Shown here: positions 27,545 to 41,753 of the stretch, piece by piece
Position numbering within the stretch: position 1 is the stretch's first letter
How the letters are laid out: each line of letters opens with the position of its first letter
DNA from: Eledone cirrhosa
Taxonomy: Eukaryota
Length of the DNA: 64,000 bases
Assembly (NCBI GenBank): GCA_964016885.1
Contig: OZ024752.1
Coordinates: 11,718,001-11,782,000, forward strand
Direction: 5' to 3'
Notes under the pieces: model-generated
What the model saw: the letters and a program-made list of their open reading frames with translations, nothing else
Told to the model about the DNA's origin: nothing
Databases searched by the model: none
Translations under genes and position numbers: made by a program

Positions 27545-28290
27545 ATCGTAGGCTACTAGCAATATATTTGATACTTTATTTTTCGACCCCATAAGATGAA
27601 AGGCAAAGCTGACCTCTGAGGTATTACGTTCTGTGTTGAAATCCCGCCGAGGTTAACTTTGCCCTTCATCCTTACGGGACCCTAAAATAAAGTACCAGTA
27701 ATACACTAGGGTCGATTTAATCGACTTACCCTGCCCCCAAAATTGCTGGCCTTGTGCCTATATAAGAAACCATTATTAGAGCGGTCGATTGGCAGTATCG
27801 GTGGAGCGCCAGACACCATGATTTGTAGCATAGAGTTATGGCTCTTTACGTTCTGAGTTCAAATCCCACCGAGGTTATTTGTTAAGAAATCTTGTTTATG
27901 GATTGTTATGCTCTCTTTTACTCTTTTACCTGTTCCAGCCATCCGGCTGAGGCCATGCTGGGGCACCACCCTTGCTCATGAACGTTTTAAAAACAGAATT
28001 AAATCCGAAGAATGTCTGAATTCTGAATATTAAACCATCTATTGTTTAGGATATTGGACGTCGGATCATAATATCATCGGTTTGATTCCTGGACAGGGTG
28101 CTGCGTTGTGTTGTTGAACAAAATACTTTATTTTACGTTACTCCAGTACAATCAGCTGAGAGTGAGTACCAGCAGTATCTGGGGAGTTAACCCTGTGATA
28201 GACTAGCGTCATGTCCAGGAGTAATCTGGTACTTTCAGTAGTTTAACGCCAAGGAAACCGGTGATACGCACCGGTCAGATAAGCTTGTGA
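27545..28290. mobile_element. SINE cluster: dominant family pieces, an octopus-SINE-like tail (27912-27973) and a second tRNA-type SINE (28045-28290)
   Basis: Family motifs; ctcttttactcttttacctgttccagccat..ggccatgctggggcaccaccctt; ggtttgattcctgg B-box-like. Confidence 0.7.
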
Positions 28291-28418
28291 CTTAGAATGT
28301 CTCCAAAGCGTGTAACACGAAAATGGGATATCACAATATAATATAGCATAGGGTAGAAATATATAAAGATAACACATTAATGTGTTGTATTGTGTCTCTG
28401 TATGTTTATATGTGTCTG

Positions 28419-28419
<1 letters not shown>

Positions 28420-28492
<73 letters not shown>

Positions 28493-28843
28493 TCTCTCTA
28501 TATATCTATCTACCTATCACTCTTTCTCTTTCCCTCTCTCTCTCTCTATCTATCTATCTCTATCTCTCTATCTCTCTCTATCTATCTTACTATCTATCTA
28601 TCTCTATTTATCTATCTCTCCCTCTCTCTCTCTCTATCTATCTCTCTATGTATCTATCTATCTCTTTCTCTCTCTCTCTCTCTCTATCTCTATCAATCCA
28701 TCTATATGTCTATTTTTCTATCTATCTATCTATCTATCTATCTCTCACTCACTTTCTCTCTCTCTATATATATATATCCCCCTCTCTCTCACTTGCTCTC
28801 TCACTCTCTCTCTATTTCTCTCTATTTCTATATATATATATAT

Positions 28844-28939
<96 letters not shown>

Positions 28940-28942
28940 CCC

Positions 28943-28974
<32 letters not shown>

Positions 28975-29205
28975 CCCCCTCTCTCTCTCTCTTTCTATAT
29001 ATATATCCCCCTCTGTCACACTCTCTCTCTCTCTATATATATATATATTTATATATCCTCCCTCTCTCTCACTCTCTCTCTCTATATATATATATATATA
29101 TCCCCCTCTCTCTCACTCACTCTTTCTTTCTCTCTCTCTCTATATATATATCCCCCTCTCTCTCTCTATATATATATATATATTCCCCTCTCTCTCTCTC
29201 TCTGT
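28420..29205. repeat. Long (CT)/(CTAT)/(TA) compound microsatellite
   Basis: Low-complexity sequence; source of the spurious 277-350 aa ORFs. Confidence 0.95.
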
Positions 29206-29760
29206 GCGTGTGTGATGTTTTATCTGAAGTTGAAAACAGTTCCACAAACCCAAACTCAGAGTTTCTCGTTTTAATTTTCCTGACAAGTATTAAAAAAATA
29301 GAGCCTAGAAAACTGGCTTACAAATATCATATATTGGAAATACTTGGATATCCAGCGCGTCTCCCTGCCGTCCTCCGGGAAAACGCCTTCTCCATTCTGT
29401 CCGCCGGGGCTGTGGGGAGGCCACCAATATGATTGACTGACTTGTCATATTATCAGTCAGATGTTCTATTGATTCCATATATATACGTTCATAGTTTTCG
29501 TATATTTTCATTAATAAAACATTACAAATTTACTCAAAACTGATTTTTCTCAGAGGATGTATTTTTCCATAATTGTATCTTGTTTTTATTAAACTTTAAT
29601 CTGAAAGAAAAAATATATATATTTTAACAATAAAAAAATAATTATGAATTTTTTTAGTAGGAAGTGACTTTTGCCCCACCCTTTAGAAGAGAATTTAAGG
29701 ATAGTTTTAAATATGTATATTTAAAACAATATGAAAATATGAAAAGACATAGAAGATAGA

Positions 29761-30321
29761 CAGTTGTCCTAGTTATTCGTGGGGGTTACGTTTCTAGAGC
29801 ACCCGCGAATAGTGAACAACTGCGGATATTGGATGAGGTCTATAAAAATGCCTATAAACCTCAGAATATAACGTAAAATTTAATTTTAAAAAAAGAGGGA
29901 ACATCTTATGCGAAGGGGCGCCCAATAGGACGGTAAATACGGTATATTGTTATTCATAATTTAGCGTTAAAATATATATATATTGTCAATGAGAAAAACC
30001 ATTAAAAGAATCGTGGAAGATATTTACGTTTCCGCGAATATGTAGTGGTTTCCACGAACAAGTATTAGTTAGTTGTTTGGCAGTATCGGTAGAGCGTCAT
30101 ACGCCATGCTTTGCAGCATAGAGTTACGGCCCTTTATGTTCTGAGTTCAAATCGCGCCGAGGTTAACTTTGCCTTTCATCCTTACGGGGCCGATAGAGTA
30201 AAGTACCAGTAATGTACTGGGTTAATTACTAGCCTTGAACCAAAAGTAGAAACAATTGTTAGTTAGGTTTTAAGAAAAAATTCCGCGAATAACCGAGACC
30301 GCGAATACGGGGGGTACACTG
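29761..30321. mobile_element. pogo/Tigger-like MITE with a nested SINE (30075-30258)
   Basis: cagttgtcctagttattcgtgg ... ccgcgaatacggggggtacactg TA; repeated ccgcgaata. Confidence 0.65.
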
Positions 30322-30857
30322 TATATGCATAATTGAATATGAAAACGTAGATGAGTATACGAAAGGAAAGAAAGAAACGAGTGAAAGGAAAAATGGAATA
30401 GAACTTAAAAATGAAGGAAAAGAAAAGGAAATTTAAAGATTTGAAGGATAATGAGAAGAAAAATTCAAGCATGTAAGATAGACAAAGAAGGGAAATAACA
30501 AGAAAATATAAGTATAAAATATGTAAATCCTTCAAAATGGCGGCGAGAGATCTGACGGTTAAGAGAATATCTTGTTGTTTGACTTGGTCAATTATAGAGT
30601 TTGGTACAAAATGATTCCTCAGTTTCAGTAATATTGACTCTCTCCTGTTTGTTTGTGTATTGTTGTACGGGATTACGCTCTCAGTGTTAATTGCTCCTCA
30701 AAGGCAATGAACTATTGTACTAGAATACAGTTAGCCGTTGGCGTTGTTTTAGAATATTACACAATAACAACTGAAAAGAAATCCAAGAGGAAATTTTACT
30801 AACACATTATTTCTTTCAAGAATATGTGTGTGTCTGTGTGTGAGAGTGAGAGAGAGA

Positions 30858-31066
30858 GTTCCGCGTTCAATCGGGGGTGACCCCAGTAAGTAAGGTACCC
30901 AATTCATTAGAAGTAGGTAAACAAAAAATTCAATATAGAAATTGCTTCTACGGGACTAGAACTGTTTCATTCGAAGGAAAGAAGGAAATCATCAGGAAAA
31001 CCCTTATGATTTCCTTCGAATGAAACAGTTGTTAGTCCTGTAGCAGCTATTTCTATATTAAATTTC
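30858..31066. mobile_element. Family A foldback with a hammerhead on - (30946-30998) and a decayed one on +
   Basis: Reverse complement ttc CTGATGA tTTC...GAAt GAAACAGttctagtcCCGTA gaa. Confidence 0.75.
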
Positions 31067-31084
31067 CTTTATATATATATATAT

Positions 31085-31366
<282 letters not shown>

Positions 31367-31454
31367 ACCAAAGCTCTTATATCGGTTCACATGTATAAAA
31401 ATAAATGGACATAAACGAGTTCTTCAAGTTCGATCGATCGAATAACTGATTATT

Positions 31455-31725
31455 GTAGTTGGATTATTAAAACAAAAACATTGAAATCAAGAGGTTCCGG
31501 GTTCCATTCCACTGCGTAACCTTTCGTGATTGTGTCTTTCACCATAGACATGAGTCGACCCAAGTCTTTCGGCTGAAACTGTGAGGGTAGGAGCCGTTTG
31601 TAAACCATCGGGTGGGTTGTATTTGTAATTCAAAAGACCAGCCTTGTTACCCACTGTGTCACGCTGAATCGGCCTTACTTATGTTATAAGTACACATGCC
31701 TGTGAAATACTCAGCCACTTACGGG
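31455..31725 (+). mobile_element. Decayed second-type SINE
   Basis: gggttccattcccactgcg; ccagccttgttacccactgtgtcacgctgaatc, shared in reverse with 62040-62090. Confidence 0.5.
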
Positions 31726-32074
31726 AAGGCCATCAATTGGGACCCCATTTTCTCACCATACGGAGAAATGGGGGAAGGCAAAAGAGATGGCGGCGATGAG
31801 AGTGGGAGTTTGGCTCTTCCACGTTCGGATTATATCCTTGTGGTTGTGTTCATTAAGCAGTTAATGAGTCTGTTTTTGGTACACACGTTATCAGGTAACC
31901 CTTTTAATTAGTTATACAATAATACAAAAGAGTCTTTCAAACAATAAAGTGAGAAAGCCTTTAATTTAATAAGTAGATCATTGCCTTTAGCGAATAACTA
32001 AAATGTTGATTGTAAAAACTGACGAAGTTGCGTTTAATGATAGAATTATTATTGGCAATAATTACTTCTTTACC

Positions 32075-32282
32075 CGGTAGAATCGGTAAAGGATCGGACA
32101 ACATGCTTTACAGAACAGAGTTACGGCCCTTTACGTTCTGAGATCAAATCCCACCGAGGTTAGCTTTACCTTTCATCTTTATGGGGGTCGATAAAATAAT
32201 GTACCAGTCATGCACTGGGGTCTATTTAATCGACTTTCCCCTCTCGCAGAATTGCTGGCCTTGTGCCTGAAGTAGAAATAAT
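32075..32282 (+). mobile_element. tRNA-derived SINE
   Basis: Family consensus. Confidence 0.85.
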
Positions 32283-34354
32283 AATTACTTCATTCTCCAT
32301 TGTTATCATTGTTTAATCTTTCCAGCATTCCTCCGCCATTTCTGTATATTTGGCGGAAAGATATTTCGCAAAATAATATTGTTTTTCATTAACATTTATA
32401 GTTAAGACAATATTTTTTCTGAGAATGTTTTCGGTAATTACTTCCTTCAGACTCTCAAATGCTGTATAATACCATTTTTTTGTTTCAGAAAAAAAGGAGC
32501 CTACGTTAAAGTTGGTATCTTTAAAACAAATTCTGCCAAGTATCTCCAAATTAATCTTCTCGGCATTAATTCCTAACCATTCATATTTGATATTAACAAT
32601 TTTTCATAAAATTTTAATAACACAGAAATAATATTTGATATTCCTAAAAATGTTTAATGCTTAATTTCTTCTTTATCTTGAAGAATGTCAAAGCTAGACT
32701 AACTCGTCTGCTTAATTTGCTTTCAAATCCGTTTTTATTTTCATTACCAAGTTTTCTTATAACAACACTTAACATTAACCCTGAATATTAACCCATATGC
32801 ACCACCACTGATTGTTTTGTCCACTAAAGAGCCTATATTTCATGAGACACCTTGTTCTGTTGTTTCACTTGACATATGTGATTACCCAATATGTAAAATT
32901 ATATTGCGACTAAGAAAAACAATACTACATAAATAAAATCACTAATTAACTGTTATTTAATTAGCAAACTAATATAATTTAATGGACGACAATCAATTGA
33001 TGGATAAACTGTCTGAAGTTTCATTGACCTTGATTTTGCTTCAGATAATTAGTTGTCTAAGTGGTTTTTCTTATGTAAATCCAAATGTATGTTGTAATGA
33101 TTTCTTTTGTTTTGAAAAGTTTTAAATAGCATTTGGTAGGAAGATTATTTGTCTGTCTTTCTGACAAGCGTCTTTCGCTCTAGCAAATCTATAGTTGAGA
33201 CGAAGTGAAAACGATTCAAAGTTTCGTATTCAGTTAAAAAGCCACATAATGATATTCGGGTGAGATTATATGACGTTCATCCTTGTTTCTAAGTCAGTAG
33301 ATATGTGTGAAATATCGTCAACTGACCTCTTCACATTGTATACGTGAAGTTTGCTTTTCACTTCATGACATTTGCCTGATTTTATTATAGCAATTACCAG
33401 AAACATTATAAAAAGTTATCAGATACCTGATATGGTGTTTTACACCAATATTAAATTTAGGTCTTCTAATATCTTATATGCAGTTACTTGGATTAGGCCC
33501 ATAATATAGCAATTTCGTAATTTTACAATCACTTCCTACCTCTAACATATTTTACTTTCTTACAAGTGTTCTGCATGTTTGTAACTTGAACGGCTTGATT
33601 CAATATTTCATTTACTTCATATCGATTATGGATCATAATCCTATAACGTGGAAGATAAAGCCATTAGAGAAGGATGCCATACACCTTTTGACACCATATC
33701 TAGATTTACAAAGAGCAGTGGGGTTATTCTTAACGTTCTGATTCCTCACGAAAATCACATCAGAAACGTGTCACCACTTAAGGGTCTAGCGTTGACGGTT
33801 CGCAAATATTTGACACCAATTTGAGGCAATTTATTTGATACAGAAGTGTGTTTCTTTACCTGATCTAATATTTTAGGTTTGTGTGGAATTTCTTCCGAAC
33901 AAAAAACACCAAATCAATATCATACATAATAAATGTATCCATAGTAAATGAATAATGAAATTGAATTAATAAACCATTTTGTTGGATTCGCTATCGATCA
34001 CGTGAATGGGCGTTCATTTGTTCGGCTGATCGAATTTCTAATTAACGTGTAAGTGGTTAAAGATTCCAGAAACTTTCTACAAACATGCTTACTTTTTATG
34101 TAATTCTTAGGTAGAATAAGCGAGACATAATGTGATACAGTTAGACCTTAGATTTAAAGGAACAACACACAGAGAAAGAGAGAGGGATCAAGAGAAAACT
34201 ACTTGGGTATTCGATTAGTACTTTTTTTATCGACTACGGGGGAGCGGGGAGAAAGACAAAGGTGACATCAGTAGGTTTGAACTCAAATGACAGAGATCCA
34301 AAACAATTACTACGAACCATTCCTTCCGACGATCTAACGACATTTCTAATTCGC

Positions 34355-34385
<31 letters not shown>

Positions 34386-34535
34386 CAAATAACAAATAAT
34401 TGTTTTTATCGTCTCCGTTGAACCGGTACTTACTCACACTCTATGCAAATTAGTCTGCCCACTACTAATTTTCATAGAAAAAGCATATAACGATATGTGC
34501 TTTTACGATTCTCTAGAGAGGCCGGAAGATAGGTA

Positions 34536-34580
34536 AATATTGCTGATGAGTTGTAACAACAACGAAACTAGTTCAATATT
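34536..34580 (+). ncRNA. Canonical minimal type I hammerhead ribozyme (family I)
   Basis: AATATTG CTGATGA GTTGT aaca ACAAC GAAAC ta GTT CAATATT: perfect 7-bp stem I, 5-bp stem II with G-C closure, palindromic stem III AACTAGTT, GUU site. Confidence 0.9.
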
Positions 34581-34793
34581 CCTTGTCTGGCTTTCTGGAG
34601 AATAGAGGAGAGGTGTTTCCTCAAAAACCAGTATGACTCTAAAAACCGGTTTGTCTGTGTTTACATACAGAATAGCTGGCCACTCACAGTAAAGTGACCA
34701 GTGAAAAAACTTGGTACACCTACATATGTATACGTGTGTGTATTCATATACATACTAGTATTTCAGTATACATATATGGATGTACATCTTTAA

Positions 34794-34840
<47 letters not shown>

Positions 34841-34917
34841 AAAGAGTGAAGAATAACATGGTCAACAGTACAAAAAGGGTTTTATTTACAGTATTAACAA
34901 TTGTTTCATTGATTAGG

Positions 34918-34971
<54 letters not shown>

Positions 34972-34973
<2 letters not shown>

Positions 34974-35082
34974 CGAGGGAAGTGTGGTAAGGAACCAGAT
35001 AGACCATAACGCACCAGAGTACTCAATACTTAGGGTAGTAGAGTAGTAGAGTGGGTAATAGGGAAATGTTTAACCCCGACGG
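34972..35082 (-). mobile_element. Family B 3' fragment
   Basis: Homologous to 5868-5980. Confidence 0.8.
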
Positions 35083-35166
35083 TATATTCGGTATACAAGG
35101 ATGCTATTCACTTCTAGCCCTCAACGTCATATTACTTCCTAAAAACAAGGACGACGGAGTATATTT

Positions 35167-35510
35167 ATAAAGAGAAAAATGCGAAGTTGAAGATGTTAGG
35201 GTCCTTTATTAATTCAGCCGTTATACATATTTCAATGACAATCGATATCGTGATTTCCTCAGACAGCAAAAATTGATTAAAAAGCAACATTTCTGAGGCA
35301 ATTTTAGGTGGAATGGAACGGTCTAAAAAAATCTATGTTTTTGTTCTAAGTGTCCGCTCCTTTCCACCTAAAATTGCCTCAGAAATGTTACTTTTTAATA
35401 AATTGTTGCTGTCTGATGAAATCGCGATATCTATTATCATTGAAATATGTATAACGGCTCAATTAATAAAGGACCCTGACATCTTCAACTTCGCATTTTC
35501 CTCTTTATGT
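35167..35510. mobile_element. Foldback element family C (arms ~35167-35321 / 35354-35509), visibly diverged
   Basis: Inverted arms with scattered mismatches. Confidence 0.85.
35408..35458 (+). ncRNA. Type I hammerhead motif (family C); mirror copy at 35217-35267 on - with CTGAGGA
   Basis: GCTGT CTGATGA AAT cgc GATA tctat TATC ATT GAAATATGTATA ACGGC. Confidence 0.75.
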
Positions 35511-36479
35511 ATATATATATAGAGAGAGAGAGTGAGAGAGAGGAGGGAAGAGAGAGAGGGGGGAGAGATACTTACATATGTTGCTTATAAAGATCAAGAA
35601 AAAAGTACCCAATACAATTTCAAGATTATCCGTCTAACCGAAGCTCAATCAATTCTGCCAATTCTGCCTAGATCAACTATGCCACCTTGTAAAAGAAAAA
35701 AATTACCAAAGTTATCCAATAGAATTTATAGAAAGTAAGGATGACGTAAGTCGGAAAAAGCCTGTGTGAACTTCATTTCTAAATCTAGTTAAGTTTACAT
35801 AAGGAATCAAATTAAATTTTCAATTTGGTCTCAGTCACTGTTTGAACTTTTATGATTCAAATATAATTTAATATAGCTCTCAATTGAAAGGAATGGTTGT
35901 TGCGAATTGTAAAATGACTAAATTTCCGTCAGTTTTCAAAGCCCATTTGATGTTCATTGACAGAATAGAACTTATCTTCAAATCAATCATCTTTTCGTTG
36001 AATTTTGCCAGAATACTACAAACTTACTGAAACTATAATGCGATTATAGGAGCCAATGTTTCAGGGTTTCTTTTGCGTAACGTATTCTTACCTTGCGAAA
36101 TAAATATGCCAGTGGTAGATACACTCTCTTCATCCCTTGGCGTGAGATGTAGTTTTTACTGATGTTTGAATTAATTACACTGAGAATATAACAGCCATAT
36201 TTTAGTGTTGGTTTCTCTCTTCTTGTTTCTATATACCTTAACTCCTTATGCAGTCGTAGGAGAACCGTATTGACATACGGCACTTCTTGAGCAATTTAAA
36301 CCTGGCAGAGCCCATCCCTCTCTTGGCCAGAGTACAGCAATTTTCTTCCAATGAAGGATAGAAAATGAGAGAGATTTTAGTGCTGTTTTCTCTCTTCTTG
36401 TTTCTATATACTCCTGATGGTGTCGTAGGGGAACCGTATTGTAGAAGAGACATAGAGGAAGAATCGCTCCCCAATACTA

Positions 36480-36962
36480 AACTGGTACTTTTTTTTACCG
36501 ACCCCGAAAAGACAAAAGCATAGTTGACCTCGGTGGTATTTTGAACTTAGAGAGCAGAAATCCGGAACGAATACCACAAAGCACATTATTCGCCACTTGT
36601 TATATCTCACTGAGGGCGGTGGATTGGCAGTATCGGTAGAGTCGGACGCCATGATTCGCAGCATAGAGTTACGGTCCTTTACGGTCTGAGTTCAAATCCC
36701 GCCGTGGATAACTTTGCTTTCCATCCTCACGGGGACGATAAAATAAAATACCAGCAACGTACTGGGGTCGATTTAATCGACTCCCCCCCCCCTCCAAAAT
36801 TTCTGGCCTTGTGCCTATACTAGAATTCATTATATCTTACTATTCTGAGTTCAAATCACGCCGAGGTTAACTTTGCCTTTCATCCTTACGGGGTCGATAA
36901 AATAAAGTACCAGTAATGTACTGGGTAATTGCTGGCCTTGTGCCAAAAGTAGAAGCAATTAT
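36480..36962. mobile_element. SINE cluster (one decayed -, two +)
   Basis: Family consensus at 36614-36830 and 36840-36960. Confidence 0.85.
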
Positions 36963-37661
36963 ATCTCACTATCTTTCTACAGTAAAAAATGTATCTATTT
37001 CTGAGAAGACAGGCTGTATGTAACAATTGTGTACAGAAACAATTTTTTAGATCTAAATTTGCGTTGGCTTCCTACTGGCAGATGTGTACACAGTATTGTT
37101 TATATAGCTCAATCTATCTCTTTTGGCAATACTTTTTCTCTTCATGTACAACCGGATAATTTCAGAAATTAGATTGCTGCTGTCATTATTGTTTATCTCC
37201 AGGTCAGCCATGATTAAGCAGAACTATGACCATAACCATTCCAATCATGACCATTAGGTCTTTGTGGGCTTACCTATCAGCAAATCATTCACTGTCCTTC
37301 TTTGTTTAAGAGGGTGGGGTAAAGATGATCATGATGGCCTCACGTTGGCTCGTTAACAAGTAAATAAAATGTGTTGGTGTTTTTCATGAAAACAAGAAAT
37401 GGATTTTAATAACATTCATTGATATCCACATCCATTGGTAACGTTGGTCATCTCAGTTTCTTGTCTGAGCTGAACGATAAACAATATCTAATATGGATCA
37501 TGGCACTATGACCTATGAAGAGATATGCTTTGAAACCTTAGTAATGTTAATAATATGTTAGCTCTGTACATAATATAGAGCACTCCTTTTCCTTATGAAT
37601 TTTACGGAAAAAGTGACACTTCACACACACACTTACATACATACATACTTACATACATACA

Positions 37662-37832
37662 TAACGCACCAAAGTACTCAATACTTGAGGTAGTAGAGTG
37701 GGTAATAGGAACCAGTAAGACCCCGACAGCTGAGCTCAAGCCGTTTCGACGGCTAATTCTGGACTGTCCAGAAGACAGTCCAGAATTAGCCGTCGAAACG
37801 GCTTGAGCTCAGCTGTCGGGGTCTTACTGGTT

Positions 37833-37838
<6 letters not shown>
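37662..37838. mobile_element. Family B foldback with a near-complete hammerhead on + (37769-37823, core CAGAAGA)
   Basis: CAGAAGA cagt ccagaatta gccg tc GAAACGGC ttgagctca GCTGTC ggggtc; palindrome centre ~37771. Confidence 0.8.
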
Positions 37839-37886
<48 letters not shown>

Positions 37887-37984
37887 CTGTGTATACTCTG
37901 GGAGTTTATTTAACATTACCTATTGAGTACGCTGAGATGCAACCGGTCCTAGCAGTGATACCCATGCTAGTTCCGTCAACCTAT

Positions 37985-38067
<83 letters not shown>

Positions 38068-38130
38068 GTATATATATATATATATATATTTATGTATACT
38101 TATACATATATATATACATACTTATATATA

Positions 38131-38524
38131 TATAATGAAGAATTAGCAATAGAAGCCAGGACAATCCCTCATCAGTGGTCTACTATCCATCATAGGTATT
38201 TCTTCGTATTACATACCATATACCTCAGGCTAGGGCGATACAATAACTAAAGTAAGTTATTGGGATAAAAAGAGTTGGGTGGAGAAAGAGAGACAGGTAA
38301 ACAAACACGAACCTGTCTCTCTTTCTCCACCCAACTCTTTTTATCCCAATAACTTACTTTAGTTATTGTATTGCCCTAGCCTGAGGTATATGGTATGTAA
38401 TACGAAGAAATACCTATGATGGATAGTGGACCACAGATGACGGATATTCCTGGCTTCTATTTCTAATTCTTCATTTATTATATATATCATATATGCAACA
38501 ACACAGCTCGCCATTTTTCATTCA
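38131..38524. mobile_element. Foldback element family F (arms ~38131-38298 / 38312-38480)
   Basis: Inverted arms with a right-sided tail, flanked by TA tracts. Confidence 0.88.
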
Positions 38525-38534
38525 TATATATATA

Positions 38535-38680
<146 letters not shown>

Positions 38681-38986
38681 CATACAGAGGTTCAGGACTA
38701 ATATATTAAAATTTAACCCTACAACCTATAAGCCATTACTTTAGTCTAAAACTATTTGTAGGCGAAATTACCAAGTCTATTGATTGTTTTGGTTCACGAG
38801 CTTGACGGAAGAAAACAAAACATATATCAAGGTTTCTTCAAAAATAATTCTTCGTTGTCTCTTTTTCTTTTACTTCACTTTCGTTATCTTTTTTCTTTTG
38901 TTTGTTTATATGATTTTTTTTATATTTTTTTGTTTGCTTTATGATACGTGTGTTTGTATGTGTTTTTGTTTTGTTTTTTTTTGTTA

Positions 38987-39030
<44 letters not shown>

Positions 39031-39040
39031 TATATATATA

Positions 39041-39100
<60 letters not shown>

Positions 39101-39223
39101 TATATATAAATATATTATATATATATATATAAATATATTATATATATATATATTATTATATATATATATAAATATATTATATATATATATAAATATATTA
39201 TATATATATATATATATATATAA

Positions 39224-39273
<50 letters not shown>

Positions 39274-39325
39274 ATTATATATATATATTATATATATATT
39301 ATATATATTATATATATATATTATA

Positions 39326-39387
<62 letters not shown>

Positions 39388-39884
39388 GAAAATGTTTAAC
39401 CCCAAGTATATATATATATATATATTATTCAGTGGATTTTTAGAATTGTTCACAATGACGATTTATCTTGCCAATATTTTTGTTCGATTTGCTTCTCTGC
39501 ATGTGTATTTTTTTTATTGGTTTGTTTATATGTTTGCTTGTTTGTTTGTTTGTTAAAGTCAGCTAAAATACTAAAAAGGTTTTCTTTGGACGTACATAGA
39601 CAGAGGTATGTGCGCCTGCATGCAAACACTTGTATATATTTGTGTGTTGTGTGTTGTGTTGTGTGTTGTGTGTTGTGTGTCTGGTTTTGTTGTTCCATAA
39701 ATCATCATTCGTTGGAATATTATTGAAGGTGAATTTCTCCTCTCATAATATCATAACGATGAGTTTAGACAGTTGACATCTCTCACTTGCAATATCTTTT
39801 TCTCGATCGGATATTAAAGAATATGTTCTGTTGAAGGATTGGGCCGAGGAGAACTAAAAGATGGGAATTAAGAAAATCAAAATA

Positions 39885-40262
39885 CCGTATTTCTCGGCGT
39901 CGAAGACGCTACTTTTTTCCCTAAAATAAATCTCAAAAATCTACCATGCGCACTGGAGGCCAAAGGTTGTTTATTCTTCTTTAGGTAGGTGGATTGGTAG
40001 TATCGGTAGAGGGTCGGACGCTATGCTTTCCAGTATATTTACGTCCCTTTATGGTCTGAGTTCAAATCCTGCCGGGGTTAACTTTGCCGTTCATCATTAA
40101 GAAGTCGATAAAATAAAGTACCAGTAATGCACTGGCCTTGTGCCAACATTTCTGGCCTTGTGCCAAAAGTAGAAATAATTTTTTTTTTTTTTTCAAATTT
40201 TTGGTTGTCAGAATTAGGGTGCGTCCTTCAGAACGAAGCGTCTTAGGCGCCGGTCTATACAG
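39885..40262. mobile_element. pogo-like MITE with a nested SINE (39985-40160)
   Basis: TA-ccgtatttctcggcg ... cgccggtctatacag-TA; uninterrupted copy at 61154-61327. Confidence 0.8.
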
Positions 40263-40772
40263 TACTACCTTTAGGCGTCGAATTGGTAGAGTGGTTACAA
40301 CGTTGGATATAATGCTTTATTGTATTCGCTCCAGTTCTCTGCTCTCTGAGTTCAAATCTCACCGATGTTAACTTTGCCTTTCATCCTTTCGAGGTAGATA
40401 AAAATAAATACCAGTCTAGTACTGGGGGTCGCTTATTCCTCTACATCTCTTTTTTCATTTCCTCTCTCTCTCTCTCTCTTACTTGCTATCTTTCTTTGGA
40501 AGAAATCTCCTGTACTCAGGCCTGGAGAGGAATGGACTTCGTCAGGCTAAAGCTGCCCAAGAAACGCCGTATGTCAATACGGCCCCTCTACGACTCTATC
40601 AGGAGTTACGGGGGGGGGGGAAGAAATACAATCTTTATGGTCGCAACAAATGTATCTTAATAATAATAATAATAATTGTTTGTAATTTAGGCACAAGACT
40701 AGCAATTTCTGGGTAGGGAAAGATTGACTATATCGATCAAATTATTTGTGAGTGTAAACATATAGGTAATTA

Positions 40773-40819
<47 letters not shown>

Positions 40820-40821
<2 letters not shown>

Positions 40822-41317
40822 GATAACAAGTTATCGTTATAGGTAATCCAGTTAGAGGTTGTGAGTACTCTGCATCGTGGATAGTTTTAACGTACGGCTT
40901 TGTTTGACTCAACAAGATGCTTCCATAGTTATGCAGCGAGTTCGCGGTAATTTCTATGCAGGTTATACTTGGAGTAATAATAGTTAAAGAATGAAGAGTA
41001 AGATGGTTGGCTGTACAATAAGGGCTTTATTTAAAGTACTGACAATTGTTTCGTTGATCAGAGAGTTCGTTAATCGCTTGAGGTTGCGTCATTCGATCTC
41101 CAATACATGATTTACCTCTGGTCAACACATCAGAGTACGTAGATACTCTGATGTGTTATTTATCTCTGATGACCAGAGGTAAATAATGTATTGGAGATCG
41201 AATGACGCAACCTCAAGCGAATAGCGAACTCTAGACTCACCTGATCAACGAAACAATTGTCAGTACTTTAAATAAAGCCCTTATTGTACAGCCAACCATC
41301 TTACTCTTCATTCTTTA
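40820..41317. mobile_element. Foldback element family H (arms ~40985-41137 / 41144-41317)
   Basis: Inverted arms with a left-sided tail, between TA tracts. Confidence 0.88.
41036..41138 (-). ncRNA. Hammerhead motif with long stem II insertion (family H); variant core CTGATGT; mirror copy at 41144-41265 on +
   Basis: Reverse complement GTACT CTGATGT GTTGAcCAGAG...CTCTGaTCAAC GAAAC aatt GTC AGTAC. Confidence 0.7.
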
Positions 41318-41327
41318 TATATATATA

Positions 41328-41719
41328 GGAGGGCAATCCCAAAAGTAAGGTCTCCTTCCGATATTGCAACTTTTCCGTTAAAATCCTGTGAATGGTGCTT
41401 CGGGAAACCTCAGGAACCAAAATGCAGAGAGCATCCAGAGTGATCCGCCGATCTTTACGCATGTTTTCCTCGGAAGGAGACCTTACTTTTGGGATTTCCC
41501 TCTATATAATAACTGCGCGAAATTCGCACTTGGCGGTAGCGTTTAACGGGAGCTCCATTCTCAACGGCTGCCAAGCCAAGATTGAGCATCCCAGCGAAGC
41601 GCGCGCATGCTTGTTTGGGAGTGAAGGAAGCACTAATCACAACAGTGCTGCCAACAGCCGTACGAACAGTTTCTCTGAGTCCCAATCGCTTTGGAGACAT
41701 TACTTTTGGGATTACCCTC

Positions 41720-41720
<1 letters not shown>
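41328..41720. mobile_element. mariner-like MITE with a duplicated right end
   Basis: TA-ggagggcaatcccaaaagtaaggtctcc; complementary ends at 41476-41503 and 41693-41720. Confidence 0.8.
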
Positions 41721-41753
<33 letters not shown>

